A stretch of DNA of 63,913 nucleotides, the filler included, from Octopus bimaculoides (taxonomy: Eukaryota): assembly GCF_001194135.2 (NCBI RefSeq). It is 5 parts of 5 records of this genome, joined end to end, with 100 filler letters (N's around TTAATTAATTAA, not from the genome) between each part and the next. Parts side by side here need not be neighbours in the genome. Positions count along the whole stretch, not along the records: positions 1 to 14,348 come from NC_068988.1; 4 more parts are not named here. The stretch is one strand, 5' to 3'. Under the pieces are notes generated by a model, which saw nothing but the letters and a program-made list of their open reading frames with translations, was not told the origin of the DNA and searched no databases. This document shows, piece by piece, positions 1 to 11,446 of the stretch (the first letter of the stretch is position 1; every line of letters starts with the position of its first letter). A program made the translations under genes and the position numbers.

Positions 1-299
1 CTGTCTCACTAGAAATAAGGCATCAGTAGTGCTTTTACCTGGCACGAACCCAAACTGCATCTCATCTAAATTGATTCGCTCCCTAATTAGTTGGGCTATG
101 ACCCTCTCTGTAACTTTCATAACCTGATCTAACAGCTTGATGCCTCTGTAATTATTTGTATCTAAAGCGTCACCCTTACCTTTGTAGCAGTTGACTATGA
201 TGCTGCTACACCAGTCATTGGGTATGACTCCTTCGTGTATCACCTGGTTCGTAATACGGGTGACTAGGCTATAGCCAACACTGCCAGATACTTTGAGCA

Positions 300-303
<4 letters not shown>
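1..303 (-). mobile_element. RTE-clade LINE reverse transcriptase fragment (runs off window start)
   Basis: Open frame EMLKVSGSVGYSLVTRITNQVIHEGVIPNDWCSSIIVNCYKGKGDALDTNNYRGIKLLDQVMKVTERVIAQLIRERINLDEMQFGFVPGKSTTDALFLVRQ (typical RTE RT domains: YKGKGD, NYRGI, QFGF..GKST.DA). Confidence 0.92.
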
Positions 304-334
<31 letters not shown>

Positions 335-394
335 TCACAGACATATACGCACACATCATATATATATATTACGTATACACATACACACACTTTA

Positions 395-705
395 CAACCA
401 CATGCTTCTGGATTCAGTCCAACTGTGTGGTCCCTTGGGCTGACTAAAGCCTTGTGAGTGGATTTGGCAGACGGAAACTAAAAGGAACCTGTCATGTATA
501 CGCATATTTTTGTGTATTTGTCGCTCACCACCACTTGACAACTGTTGTTGGTGTGCTTGCATACCCGTAACTTAGCAGTTAAGCAAAAGTGTCTGATAGA
601 ATAAGTACCAGGCTAAAAAAAGTATTAGGAGTTGATTTGTTTGACTAATTCTTAAAGGTGGTGCTCCAGCATGGCTGCAGTCAAATGACTGAATCAAGTA
701 GAAAA
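395..705 (+). mobile_element. tRNA-derived SINE, family A (CORE-like ccttgggc motif), 5'-truncated
   Basis: Shares aaagccttgtgagtggatttgg.agacggaaact and aaggtggtgctccagcatggc.gcagtcaaatgactgaa with copies at 17750 and 47885. Confidence 0.75.
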
Positions 706-924
706 TATTTATCACCACCATCTTCTCTCTTTTTCAAAGAGGGTAACCACGTATCTCCCCTGCAGCAAGACACCTGTACCTGTCTCCTTTTCCTATTTGA
801 ACCTCCAATTACCTTGTATAAAGCTACCTCCCTGGATACCACACCTCCTCAGTTGTGGGTTCTTGCCATGCCTGTTACTTGATGATCTCACTGGTACCAT
901 GTAAGAAACACCCAGAACATTCTG

Positions 925-1078
925 TGAAGTGGTTGACATTCAGAAGGGCATCCGGCTGTAGAAACCATACCAAAGCACACATGGGAGCTTGGTGCGGTTC
1001 TCTGTCTTACCAGCTGCTGTTGAACTGTCCAAACTATGCCAGCATGGAAAACAGATGTTACATGATGAGGATGATGGT
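925..1078 (+). mobile_element. RTE-type 3' tail remnant ending in (GAT)n
   Basis: gaagggcatccggctgtagaaac...ccagcatggaaaacagatgttacatgatgaggatgatg matches the tails at 10440-10617 and 38630-38813. Confidence 0.7.
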
Positions 1079-2177
1079 GTCCGTGATACACTACTGCTAC
1101 AATTTTTGTTGACTGTTTGCTTGCTGGTTCATGTTCTTGCTTGAGGGAGCTGAGGTCATCTCAGATTAGTGGTCCCAAAGATGTCTTCATGTGTAGAACT
1201 GGCCAGGTCCACCAGTGCTCTCCATCACTAGTAGTCCCATGCCAACCTCTCTGCATCCTCCAAGATGACACTGAGTTGACTGCACTGCTGAACATGCAGC
1301 TAGAAGGCTTAAAATGTGTCAAGCTAAGGAATTCTTTCTTAAGTTGAATAAGCTCCCATTAGCCTTGTCACTTTTCCCATTGCTGTTCTTGCTACTGTTG
1401 TAGTTGTTATTAATTTTGTTCTTCACTTTCAGATGACAGTGGTTTCTTTCCTTCTCTCTGATGCCATCTAATAATGTCACAGTAATAACATCACTGTTAT
1501 TTGCTGAACAGACGCTTGACACATTCATTGCTTCACCTATATCTCTCTTTGTTTCTATTAAATACTCTTTCACTCCTTGTGTTTTTCATTTGTCCTTGGT
1601 GAATATTTTTATTTTTGCGAAATAATGGCATTAATCAAACAGTACCACTTTCTCTAGACTCAGAAGAAATAATACAAGCTGGAAATGGCAGTGACAGAGA
1701 TGTGGCTGAAATTGGGGTGGCAAACATTCATCAATAGTATAATGAGAACTTCAAGTGTTACATTATAGGTATCAAGCAATTGAAAATCTTGCTTCATAGA
1801 GTGTGGAAATTTGATTAGAAATTTGGTTCAGTAAAATATACCAAGATATATTCAATAAATAGAATTAGTAACACCAAGTAATATCAAGATACATAACGAA
1901 ACAGAGCTTGTAACTCTAGTTATTATCAGGTACTGTACAGCATATGCTTTAATGAACAGATATAACATGACTGCTTCCAAGCGAGGCAATATCTCCCTAT
2001 GGCCAGATATGATTTTACAGGAGACTGGAAATGAATGAGATCTATTTACAACAATCATGCGATATCAAGAAAAAGAGACACAAACATATACTCACACATA
2101 CATACATTATAGATAAATACACACACACACACACACACACACATACATACATTATAGATAAATACACACACACACAC

Positions 2178-2264
<87 letters not shown>

Positions 2265-3269
2265 TCAACCACAGACACTCAACACTCAACTCAATGTATG
2301 TGCCTTGCTTATTTGCTTGTAAGCTGCGATGAGGATGATTCCCTCAAAGCACCAGGTGTTAAAACACCTGAAAGTTATCGACAAGTGAGATAACTCATCC
2401 TAAATCCCATGCAGGAGTGATGGGCATTGATGTTTGGCCATTTCTGAAGATTATCAGCATCACATACCTGAACTAAATCAGGGGTGAACTGAATTGCCAG
2501 TCCATGACAATATACAGATAGTATAAAAAGCTATTTGCTGGTATGCCCCAATGATGCATATGTAAGAATAAATTCAAATATGCATTAGAAGCAGTTCAAA
2601 TGTTGTAAACATTATTGACTATACATACTTAAAGTACATGCTTTGCTTGTTCTCTGGTAGGCTGCGATTTAGCATGGTGGAGATGACTCCCTCAAAGCAC
2701 TGGAAGTTAAAACATCTGAAAGTCATAGATGGGCAAGACAACTCACACCAAATCTCAAACAATGAGCTTCTTTCAGTTTCCATCTACCAAATTTAATCAC
2801 ATGGCTTTGGTCACCCCAGAGCTGTAGTAGAAGAGACTTATCCAAGGCAGAATGTAGTAGAACTGAACCAGAAACCATATGGCTGGGAAGCAAACTTCTT
2901 AACCACATATCCACACCTGCAGCTTAATGGTAACTTTAAGGATGTTAAAAGCTGTTAATGTTATGCAGTACATTATAATGTATACAAGACTACTTTTCGC
3001 TAGTTACATGTGAGGGGAATGACGATGGGGAACTTGTAAAAGGGAATATACAGAAGAAAGATAAGAAGAAGCACTGCTCTGCGTGGTTGCTTGACTTGTA
3101 AAAAATTAAATGTCTCTCAAATTATACTCAACATTTTGTGATCCTTATTTTACTGTGCTCAGAAAAAAAGCAAGATGGCCATCCCAGCTAAGAACGTCTT
3201 TGATCAAAGATCTAGTTTATGATTGCTAGTAAAAGGCAAAATTTCCATTTCAAGTCATGACGGCTGGTT

Positions 3270-3468
3270 TCTCAGTTTTCATGGCGTATATATTCCCTGC
3301 CTGGACAGGATGCTGGTCCGTTGCAGGATTACTAACTTTTGCCAGCAGAGTGGAATGGAGCAACGTGAAATGAAGTAGTTTGCTTAAGAACGCAACGCAT
3401 CGTCCTGTCCAGGAATCAAAACCACAATCTTACAATCATGAGTCCAACACCGTAACCACTAAGCCACT
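3270..3468 (-). mobile_element. Older tRNA-derived SINE (host of nested insertion; remainder 3868-3885)
   Basis: Reverse-strand tRNA-like head (gtggcttagtggttacggtgttggactcatgattgtaagattgtggttttgattcc) followed by a SINE body. Confidence 0.65.
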
Positions 3469-3867
3469 GTTGTTGTTGTTGGCACTCCGTCGCTTATAAC
3501 GACGAGGGTTCCAGTTGATCCGATCAACGGAACAGCCTACTCGTGAAATTAACGTGCTAGTGGCCGAGTACTTCACAGACACGTATACACTTAACGTAGT
3601 TCTCGGGGATATTCAACGTGACACAGTGTGACAATGCTGGCTCTTTTGAATTACGGGCACAACAGAAACAGGAAGTAAGAGTGAAAGAAAGTTGTGGTGA
3701 AAGAGTACAGCAGGGTTTGCCACCATCCCCTGCTGGAGCCTCGTGGAGCTTTAGATGTTTTCGCTCAATAAACACTCACAACGCCCGGTCTGGGAATGTT
3801 CTTGCTCGAGGGAGCGATCCTATGACCGCAAAGCCGCTGCCCTAACCACTGGGCCATTGCGCCTCCA
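3469..3867 (-). mobile_element. tRNA-derived SINE with (ACA)n tail, flanked by 12-bp TSD
   Basis: Head tggaggcgcaatggcccagtggttagggcagc (A box), 3' stem-loop ctcgtcgtt-ataa-gcgacggag and (ACA)n tail; TSD CACTAAGCCACT at 3457-3468 and 3868-3879. Confidence 0.85.
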
Positions 3868-4627
3868 CACTAAGCCACTAGCTAGGTGCTAATAAACAAC
3901 AAGGTAATGCAATTCTAATTCTCTTCCCGCTTTAAATCCAAAAAACCTGAAGACTATTTAAAGCTGAACATTATAATAGACACAGCATGAAGCATTTCAA
4001 TTTCCACAGTTAAAAAAACTATTTTATGCAATGTTAGTTAAAAAAGAAAAAAGAAAAAAAAAATCTGCGCTTATCTAAATTATGTGTAGATATCAAACAA
4101 ACTGTTATTATCGTTAGATTTGAAACGCTTAACACCTCTGCCACTATAATTTAGAGGAGTTTACATGTAAAATCTATAATAATTACAGATAGCAACTGTT
4201 AGAGACATCATGTTCTTCATTCTAACATTTTAATAAAACGCAAAAAAGAAATAAATAAATAACGGCATTAACATATTTAACAGTAAGAAAAAAAGAGTTA
4301 TCTCCCTTATATCTGGAAATCTGAATTCACGACCCAAGTTCCGAAAGTCTTAAAGTGATAAGAAAATCAATACGATTGAGGTCCTTTTAACAGTAGGATC
4401 TTCGATTATATAGTTTACGAGAATTTGATGCAAATTTGATTATTCCGATAGATATATAGTAAAAAGATGGTTGCTTTCAAAATGTTAGGAATTTGAGATA
4501 CATTTTACGTAATATTCACTGCATCAGTGAACTTTACAATAAGGAGATGATCATTATGTTTAGAGTAAGAATATTTTTACAGTTACTTGAATTATATTTT
4601 TATAGGATAAAACGGGAATATCTTTGT

Positions 4628-5187
4628 GGATCTTTTTTAAAACGGGGGCCACATTTTTCATTAACGAAACACTTTGAAACTTGGAACACTGGTAGAATGT
4701 GTCATATAAAACATCTTTTTCTCTTAGTCTTCTTAAAAATAAAAGAAATCCCTAACTTATTCCATGTTAAAGTTGTCGTATTTCTGTAATTTCAACCAAT
4801 CACTGACGTCCATTCAGCCGATATACATTAAGTGCCGACTACATAAACAAACGATTCTGAAACAATTCTATCGGTGATAGGGTTAGGGTTAGGGTAAAAC
4901 AGCAAATTTAAAAAGAAAAAAGCAAAACGAAGCTATGGAAATTAAATACGCTTTACATCGCTTAATCAGCCAAAGGGAGTAAATGTAAACAACTGAATAC
5001 TTGTCAGTGATTGGTTGAAATTATCGAAATAAGACAATTTTTTACATGAAATAAATTCGAATACAAAAATATTTTTCTGTTCTATAACACAAAATAGATA
5101 AGTATACGAAGTTTGAAAGTCTTTCCGTACCAAAAACACTACGTAAAACATTAATGAAAAATGTGGCCCCCGTTTTAAAAAAGATCC
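4628..5187. mobile_element. Non-autonomous DNA transposon (MITE) with perfect 37-bp TIRs
   Basis: ggatcttttttaaaacgggggccacatttttcattaa (4628-4664) is the exact reverse complement of 5151-5187; no internal ORF. Confidence 0.85.
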
Positions 5188-5532
5188 GATTTAGTATCTT
5201 TATAGTAAGTTGGTTGTAGTTTATTCTCAGATCAGACTTTTAGAGAATAAAGGCATTCCTGTCTTTTAAAGGAATCACAGAATACAGCAGCCAAAGTGTC
5301 CTTGCCTTCTATTTTATCGAGACGGCAAAGTGTAATTTGGCTGCTATGTCTAGCAAGTCCCTGTGTAGAGGTGAAGATCCAATCTCCCATTTTGATGTGC
5401 AACGATTCCGAGTGTTTACGTCAATAAGTCATAAATATAAAATAGCTTTTCAGAGCAAAAACTGAACCTAAAGAGAATTAAGGAAGTTCTAAATACCTCT
5501 TCTCTTTTCTTTACTTCAATTTCGCCTCTCAG

Positions 5533-5534
<2 letters not shown>

Positions 5535-5580
<46 letters not shown>
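5535..5580. repeat. (ATT)n microsatellite
   Basis: Direct reading. Confidence 0.95.
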
Positions 5581-5582
<2 letters not shown>

Positions 5583-6590
5583 GGTGGCAAGCTGACAGAG
5601 ACATTAACATGCAGGGCAAAATACTTAGTGACATTTTGTCTCTCTTAACGCTCTGACTTCAAATTCTGTCAAGGTTGACTTTCCCTTTCATCCTTAAGGG
5701 GTTGATAAATTAAGTACCACTTGAGTACTGGGGGTCGATGAAATTAACTAGACCCCTCCCTGAAAATTTCAGGCCTTATGCATTTAGTAGAAAGGATTAT
5801 CATTATTATTAAGGCAGTGAAAATCCCGCTGAGGTTGACTTTGCTTTTCATCCTTTCAGGGTCAATAAATTAAGTACCAGTGAAATTCTGGGGTTGATGT
5901 AATCGACAAGTCCCCTTCTCTAAAATTTCAGGCCTTGTGCCTATAATAGTAAAAATTATTTAGACAATGAGCTGGCAGAACCGTTAGCATGTTGGGTGAA
6001 ATATTTAGCAGCATTTCATCTGTCTTCACGTTCTGAGTCCAAGTTCCATGAAGGTTAACTTTGTCTTTCATCCTTTCAAGGTCGATAAAAGAAATACCAG
6101 TTGACTACTGGGGTCAATAATGTAATCAATTTACCCATTGCACTGAAATTGCTGACCCAAAATTTGAAATCATTATCATTATAGGCAGAATCACCAGAGC
6201 ATTGGTAAAAAGACCTTCATTCTAGCCCTTTAATATCTGAGTTCAAACCCTGCTGAGGTTGACCTTATTTGTCATCCTTCCGAGTTCAATAAGCTAAAAC
6301 ACCAATCAAGAACTGGTTTTGATGGTATTAACTGTTCTTTTACCCACATATTTCAGACCTTGTGGTTAAGCATACACGAAGGCAGTGAGCTGATATAGTT
6401 GCAAGCACACTGGACAAAATGCTTAGTATTTCATGTTTTTATGTTCTGAGTTCAAATTTCATTGAGATTGACTTTGCCTTTAATACCTTTGTGCTTGATA
6501 AAATATTTACCAGTCGACTAATCCTCACCCACAAAATTTCAAGCCTTGTGCCTATCACTATAGGTACAAGACCTGAAAGAATTATTATTA
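5581..6590 (+). mobile_element. Head-to-tail cluster of five diverged family-B SINEs (Meta/Sauria-like central domain)
   Basis: Units start near 5581, 5811, 5961, 6182 and 6379; each has gttgactttgcctttcatcctt...gataaa.taagtaccag-like core and most end in an att-rich tail. Confidence 0.8.
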
Positions 6591-7264
6591 AGCATGCAAA
6601 TCTTAATCCTTTAATTACGAAATTAAATTTCATTAAACAGTAAAGTGAGTAGCCACATCAAAGTGGCAGTTGAATGTTACTACTATTTTAGCCCTAGGCA
6701 GATTCTCCGCCAGCTAGTTTTTGATGCAATGTTCTGCATCCTTTATATAAAATACACTGCTAGCAGGGAGAGCGAACCCTTACTATACTCCAGCAGCTAA
6801 CAAGATCACAGGACTGGCCCAGTTTCAAGCTATTTGGCTCATCCTCAGCCTTGCACATAGTATTGTTCTTCACAATTTTAGAAGTCGTTGCTTTTCGGGG
6901 GCTAATAATCTTAAATCCGACTTTACCATTTATCTCATCTTTCTTATTCTTTGTCTGTCAGAGATACATTCCACTGTCAATATATGGTACTTTGCATCCT
7001 GTAGAAGTGATCAATATATAATACATATCCAGTAGAGCATAACAATCATCCCTGTATACATTGATTAATATCTTTAGAACCTAACCATCTTCTTTTGTAT
7101 TCTACCTTTCACACAAGTTAAAATAGCATAGCCAACAGAACATACTCCAGAGTTGCAAAAAAAGTTGACCTAAACAACAAGATTTGAACCAGACAAAAAA
7201 TTCAGATATCAATAAGCAAATATTTTTATATCTCTGTATTTGGTTTAAATACGTACATACACAG

Positions 7265-7326
<62 letters not shown>

Positions 7327-7559
7327 CTCTCCCAACTTGTATGTATTTTTGCTTAAATTGTAGACAATGCTTTAACAGCATTTCAAAATGTACACCTCGG
7401 CAAAATGAAAAAGAAAAAAAAAATTACATATGAATACAAAGAAATGTGAATCCATTATATGACAAAAATCAATATCTCTCTAAGCTTAAACAAAAAACGA
7501 AAACAAATATATAAATAAATAATCTGAAATACCTAATGGAAACAAAATGAATTGTTATA

Positions 7560-8020
7560 AACTGAAATAATTCTTTGAGAGGTTGATCCCACCTGGGGAG
7601 AATATTCCAATTCCCACATCAGATGTTAATTGTGTTTGAAGTTGCGAAGGTGGAATAGAATAAATGAGAAGTGAAGTATTGAAAGGTAGATATACTGTAC
7701 AAGGAAATCGATATAATTGTAATGTAGAGACACTGAAGGTAACTAGGTGGAGGACAAGTATCAGGAGATGCTAGTAGGTAATGCTATAGCCATATCATGA
7801 GGAGGCTGAATGAAGAAGTACTGAGATCATCATGTTTTCTTAGATTTTAGTATAGAAAGAAGGTAGTACTAAACTTTTGTAGAGCCTCTGAGTTTGTTGT
7901 TGTGGAAGGCGGAAGGTATCCTCAAAACCAAAGACCTGTTTCACATGCTTACAACAAACTCCAATAAAGAGGGAATGACAATTGGTAGTTCAGAACATGA
8001 GGGTGGCATGTATTGGATAG
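7560..8020 (-). mobile_element. Degenerate CR1/Jockey-like LINE 3' coding remnant
   Basis: Reverse strand contains a disrupted LYKSLV segment, resembling the LYKAQV region of 34740-35045. Confidence 0.45.
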
Positions 8021-8029
8021 CTTTTGTTT

Positions 8030-8385
8030 GTTTCAGTCGTTAAACTATGGCCATGTTGGGACACCACCTTCAAGAATTTTTAGTCAAACAAACTGGCCCC
8101 AGTATTTATTGTTTTTCAGCCTGGTACTTGTTATGTAGAATGCTTTAGTTGAACTGCTAAGTTAGAGGGATAAAAGCAAACCAGCACTGAATGCCAAGTG
8201 GTGGTGGAAGCCAAACACACACACACACAATGAACTTCTTTCAATTTCTGTCAACCAAATCAACTCACAAGGCTTTGGTCAGCCTGAGGCTATTGTAGAA
8301 GACACTTCTCCAAGGTTCCACACAGTGGGACTGAACCTGGAACCATGTGGTTGAAAAGCAAACTTCTTACCACACAGTCACACTG
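8030..8385 (-). mobile_element. Family-A SINE
   Basis: Reverse complement of the 47885 copy, including the internal (CA)n. Confidence 0.75.
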
Positions 8386-9615
8386 TATAAATACACTTTC
8401 CTTGTCATTGCTCTATGTACTATTCACCACTTGGTAGTGTTACTTTAACCAAAGGGACACACTGTTCAGTAGTGAGGGCTCTTTAGTTGTACAGGGTAGA
8501 ATGCAACATCACTAGTACTGGTGCTGTGATTAAATTCCCCAGTATACTCCATAAAGTGGATGATAAAGTAGGGCTGAGAGAAAACCCTTTAGTGATGTTC
8601 TGGGCATGATAAACTCCGTATCACTGGTGTCAGGATGATATGCTTCCAAGGCACTAAATAAAGTAATGGTTAGGAAGAGTATCTTGTCATAGAAATTATG
8701 CCAAAAGTGAAACTTATAAACAAGATGTAGTCCTTTGACCAATCAATCAGGACAATGGTTCTCAATAAGGACTGATGTTTTTGTTTCGTAGAACACCCAA
8801 AACCTTTTGCAATGGGGATCAGAAATATGTATAATGCTTGCAACAGGGTAGGGGTCATTAAAGGCACTTAAGGGGGAGAACACATATGAAGGAACTTCTA
8901 ATATATCATTCTTTGACCCATTTGATACCAACCTGCCTGAAACTGCCCTTGGTCCTCTGATACAAACTTTCTGTCTTAAGGTGATCTACATTAAAAAATT
9001 CCATAAAAATTTCATATTAATTGATGTTGAAAACACCAGCTTATAATGACAGACTCATCATCAATAAAATTCAATGTCCAGTCTCCATGCTGGCATGGGT
9101 TTCATGGTTTGACATGGAGCTGGCTAGCAGGGAGCTGTCCAGATTCCAACTGTCTGTTGTGGCATGGTTTCAACAGCTGGGTGCCATTCCTAATGCCAAC
9201 CACTTAATATAGTGTTCTGGCTGCTTTTTACAGGTTACTGTCATGGTTGCGTTTACATAGCAATGGTACAGGTGCATTAATGTACCGGTGCTTTTTAAGT
9301 GATAGAGGCACAAGTGCATTTTAAGTGGCACCAGAATCTAAAAAGACAAGCCTATGTGTATGAAAGACAGTGATTTTAATTAGTTTGATGTGTCTTATCA
9401 AGTACAGCAAATTGCCACTTCCCTTAGTCCCTTCTCATTTCCTCTCTTTCTTTAGTGATTCTGATAAATATTTAGAACAACTGGGCACTGGTTCCATTCA
9501 AATACTTAAAAAGAGGCATATAGTGTATGTGTGTATGTGTGTGTGTGTGTGTGTGGGGGGGTAGCATAAGAAAACATGAATAATAAACCACAGCACAAAC
9601 TTAATTTCTGTTTGA

Positions 9616-9844
9616 TTAACCTCTTAGCTTGCAGATTATTCTGTTAAATATAATACCTTTTTTTATTCAAATTGTTTGAATTAATCATGCATTGTCTTAT
9701 AACCTTGAGGTTTTGATGATGTGATTGTTTATTTTTAGAATGTCAGAGTAGATTAGGTGTGAGTGTCCAAACATGGCCAGTTTGAATGTAAAGCATGTAG
9801 AATATTTGGGCCAGATATGGCTGGTTTAAATGCTGAGGAGTGAA
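9616..9844. mobile_element. piggyBac-like MITE, degenerate
   Basis: Starts ttaa|cctcttagc and ends aatgctgaggag|tgaa (imperfect short TIRs, TTAA-type target site). Confidence 0.5.
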
Positions 9845-9899
9845 GGCAATATGACATTTGTAAAACACCATTCTGTGAAAGGGGATGTCAAGACGCAAA

Positions 9900-10617
9900 A
9901 GCTCGAGGACCACATGGAAGAAGATGAAGACATGTTGAGGCAAGTGAAATCGGAATCGAACCAAATTTGTAGGAACATGAGACTCGGCTTGCGAAGACCT
10001 GTTGGGGCAAGCAAAAGCGAAATCGAGGTGGCACCTGTACCAGTGTGGCACGTAAATAGCACCAGCGTGATCGTTACCAAGGTCACCTTCCTAGCACTTG
10101 TGCCAGTGGCATGTGAAAAGACATTCGTGCAAGATCGTTTGTCGCCTTCCTGGCACTTGTGCCAGTGGCACGTGAAAAGACATTCAAGCAAGATTGTTGC
10201 CAGAGCCGATGGGCCAGCCCCTATGCAGATGACACGTAAAATACACCATTTTGAGCGTGGCCGTTGATCGTTACCAACGACGCCTCCCTGGCACCTGTGC
10301 CAGTGGCACATGAAAAGACATTCGAGCAAGATCGTTGCCAGTGCCGATGGACTGGCTCCTGTGCAGGTGGCACATTAAATACATCATTTCGAGCGTGGCT
10401 ATCGCCACTACCGCCTGACTGGCCCTCGTGCTGGTGGCACGTAAAAGCACCCACTACACTCTTGAAGTGGTTGGCGTTAGGAAGGGCATCCAGCTGTAGA
10501 AACTCTGCCAAATCAGATTGGAGCCTGGTGTCGCCTCCTGGTCAACCAGTCCTCAGTCAAATCATCCAACCCATGCTAGCATGGAAAGCGGACATTAAAC
10601 GACGATGATGATGATAG
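9900..10617 (+). mobile_element. 5'-truncated RTE LINE 3'UTR with internal minisatellite and (GAT)n tail
   Basis: Same sequence as the 3'UTR following the RTE ORF at 38198-38813; repeated units ggcacttgtgccagtggcacgtgaaaagacattc; tail gacattaaacgacgatgatgatgat. Confidence 0.85.
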
Positions 10618-11392
10618 AAGAGAGAAACTGAAGAAAGGTATTTCAATAGTTTTAATATCAGTGCTGTTGAGACATCAACAAGAGAGCATGATGTGTTAGT
10701 TATAGTTTTACATTGACTTTTAAATCCATTTTCTTAAGTTAGCATAAATGGGATGGTTACATGAACTCAAATGTTTCAATATGGATTTTTGCTTGAGTAA
10801 TTCATATTTTAGTAACAAGGTATATTCCCCAACACTGACAGCCCACTATGGAGAAATGGTTGAGGGATTTCATGTTCTTTTAGCAAATATCGAAAGGTAG
10901 TTGAATCAAGTAGAATGTTATACAACACTATTTGTGAAAGACAAGTAGTACAAAAAATACCTTATACATCCATTTCATGTGAGCTGTATATATTTATATA
11001 TACTAAACTTAAGATACCAGAAATAAAATTTGTGAAATACTGCAAATAGTTAAGAACTATAAAAACAGTGAACTTGAGATCTCTTTATGTACGTGTCTGT
11101 ATGTGAGTGCATGTGTGTGCATCTGTGTGTATACATACATAATTAACTACACATCTACATTAATGATTTTCTTTTTTAGTATAGATATATATTAAAACAG
11201 TCAAGCATTCGAACATTAACTGAAGTATTATTCACTACATTTAAGTTGAGCATCAAATTTATTTTTGCTGGCAAAAGATTGATAGTACGTTTTAAGTTTC
11301 ACCATTGATTGCCTTCTTCAGAGTTTTATGAAACCAACAAACAGTGAAACTTTGAAATCAGTGTCAACATTTTCCTAGTAATATATAAATAA

Positions 11393-11446
<54 letters not shown>

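Noticed and set aside
1319-1573. 84-aa ORF MKEYLIETK...
   Set aside because: Low complexity, lies among decayed LINE sequence, no splice or domain support.
6660-7200. Minus-strand stretch with moderately open frames (VNFFCNSGVCSVGYAILTCVKG..., VYRDDCYALL...)
   Set aside because: Interrupted by stops and I recognise no family reliably; a TBLASTX search would be needed.
9826-10608. Overlapping 100-167 aa ORFs
   Set aside because: They arise from the GC-rich repetitive RTE 3'UTR; not protein-like.
10960-10982. Possible 23-nt minus-strand micro-exon (HMKWMYK)
   Set aside because: Acceptor lacks a polypyrimidine tract; no partner exons.
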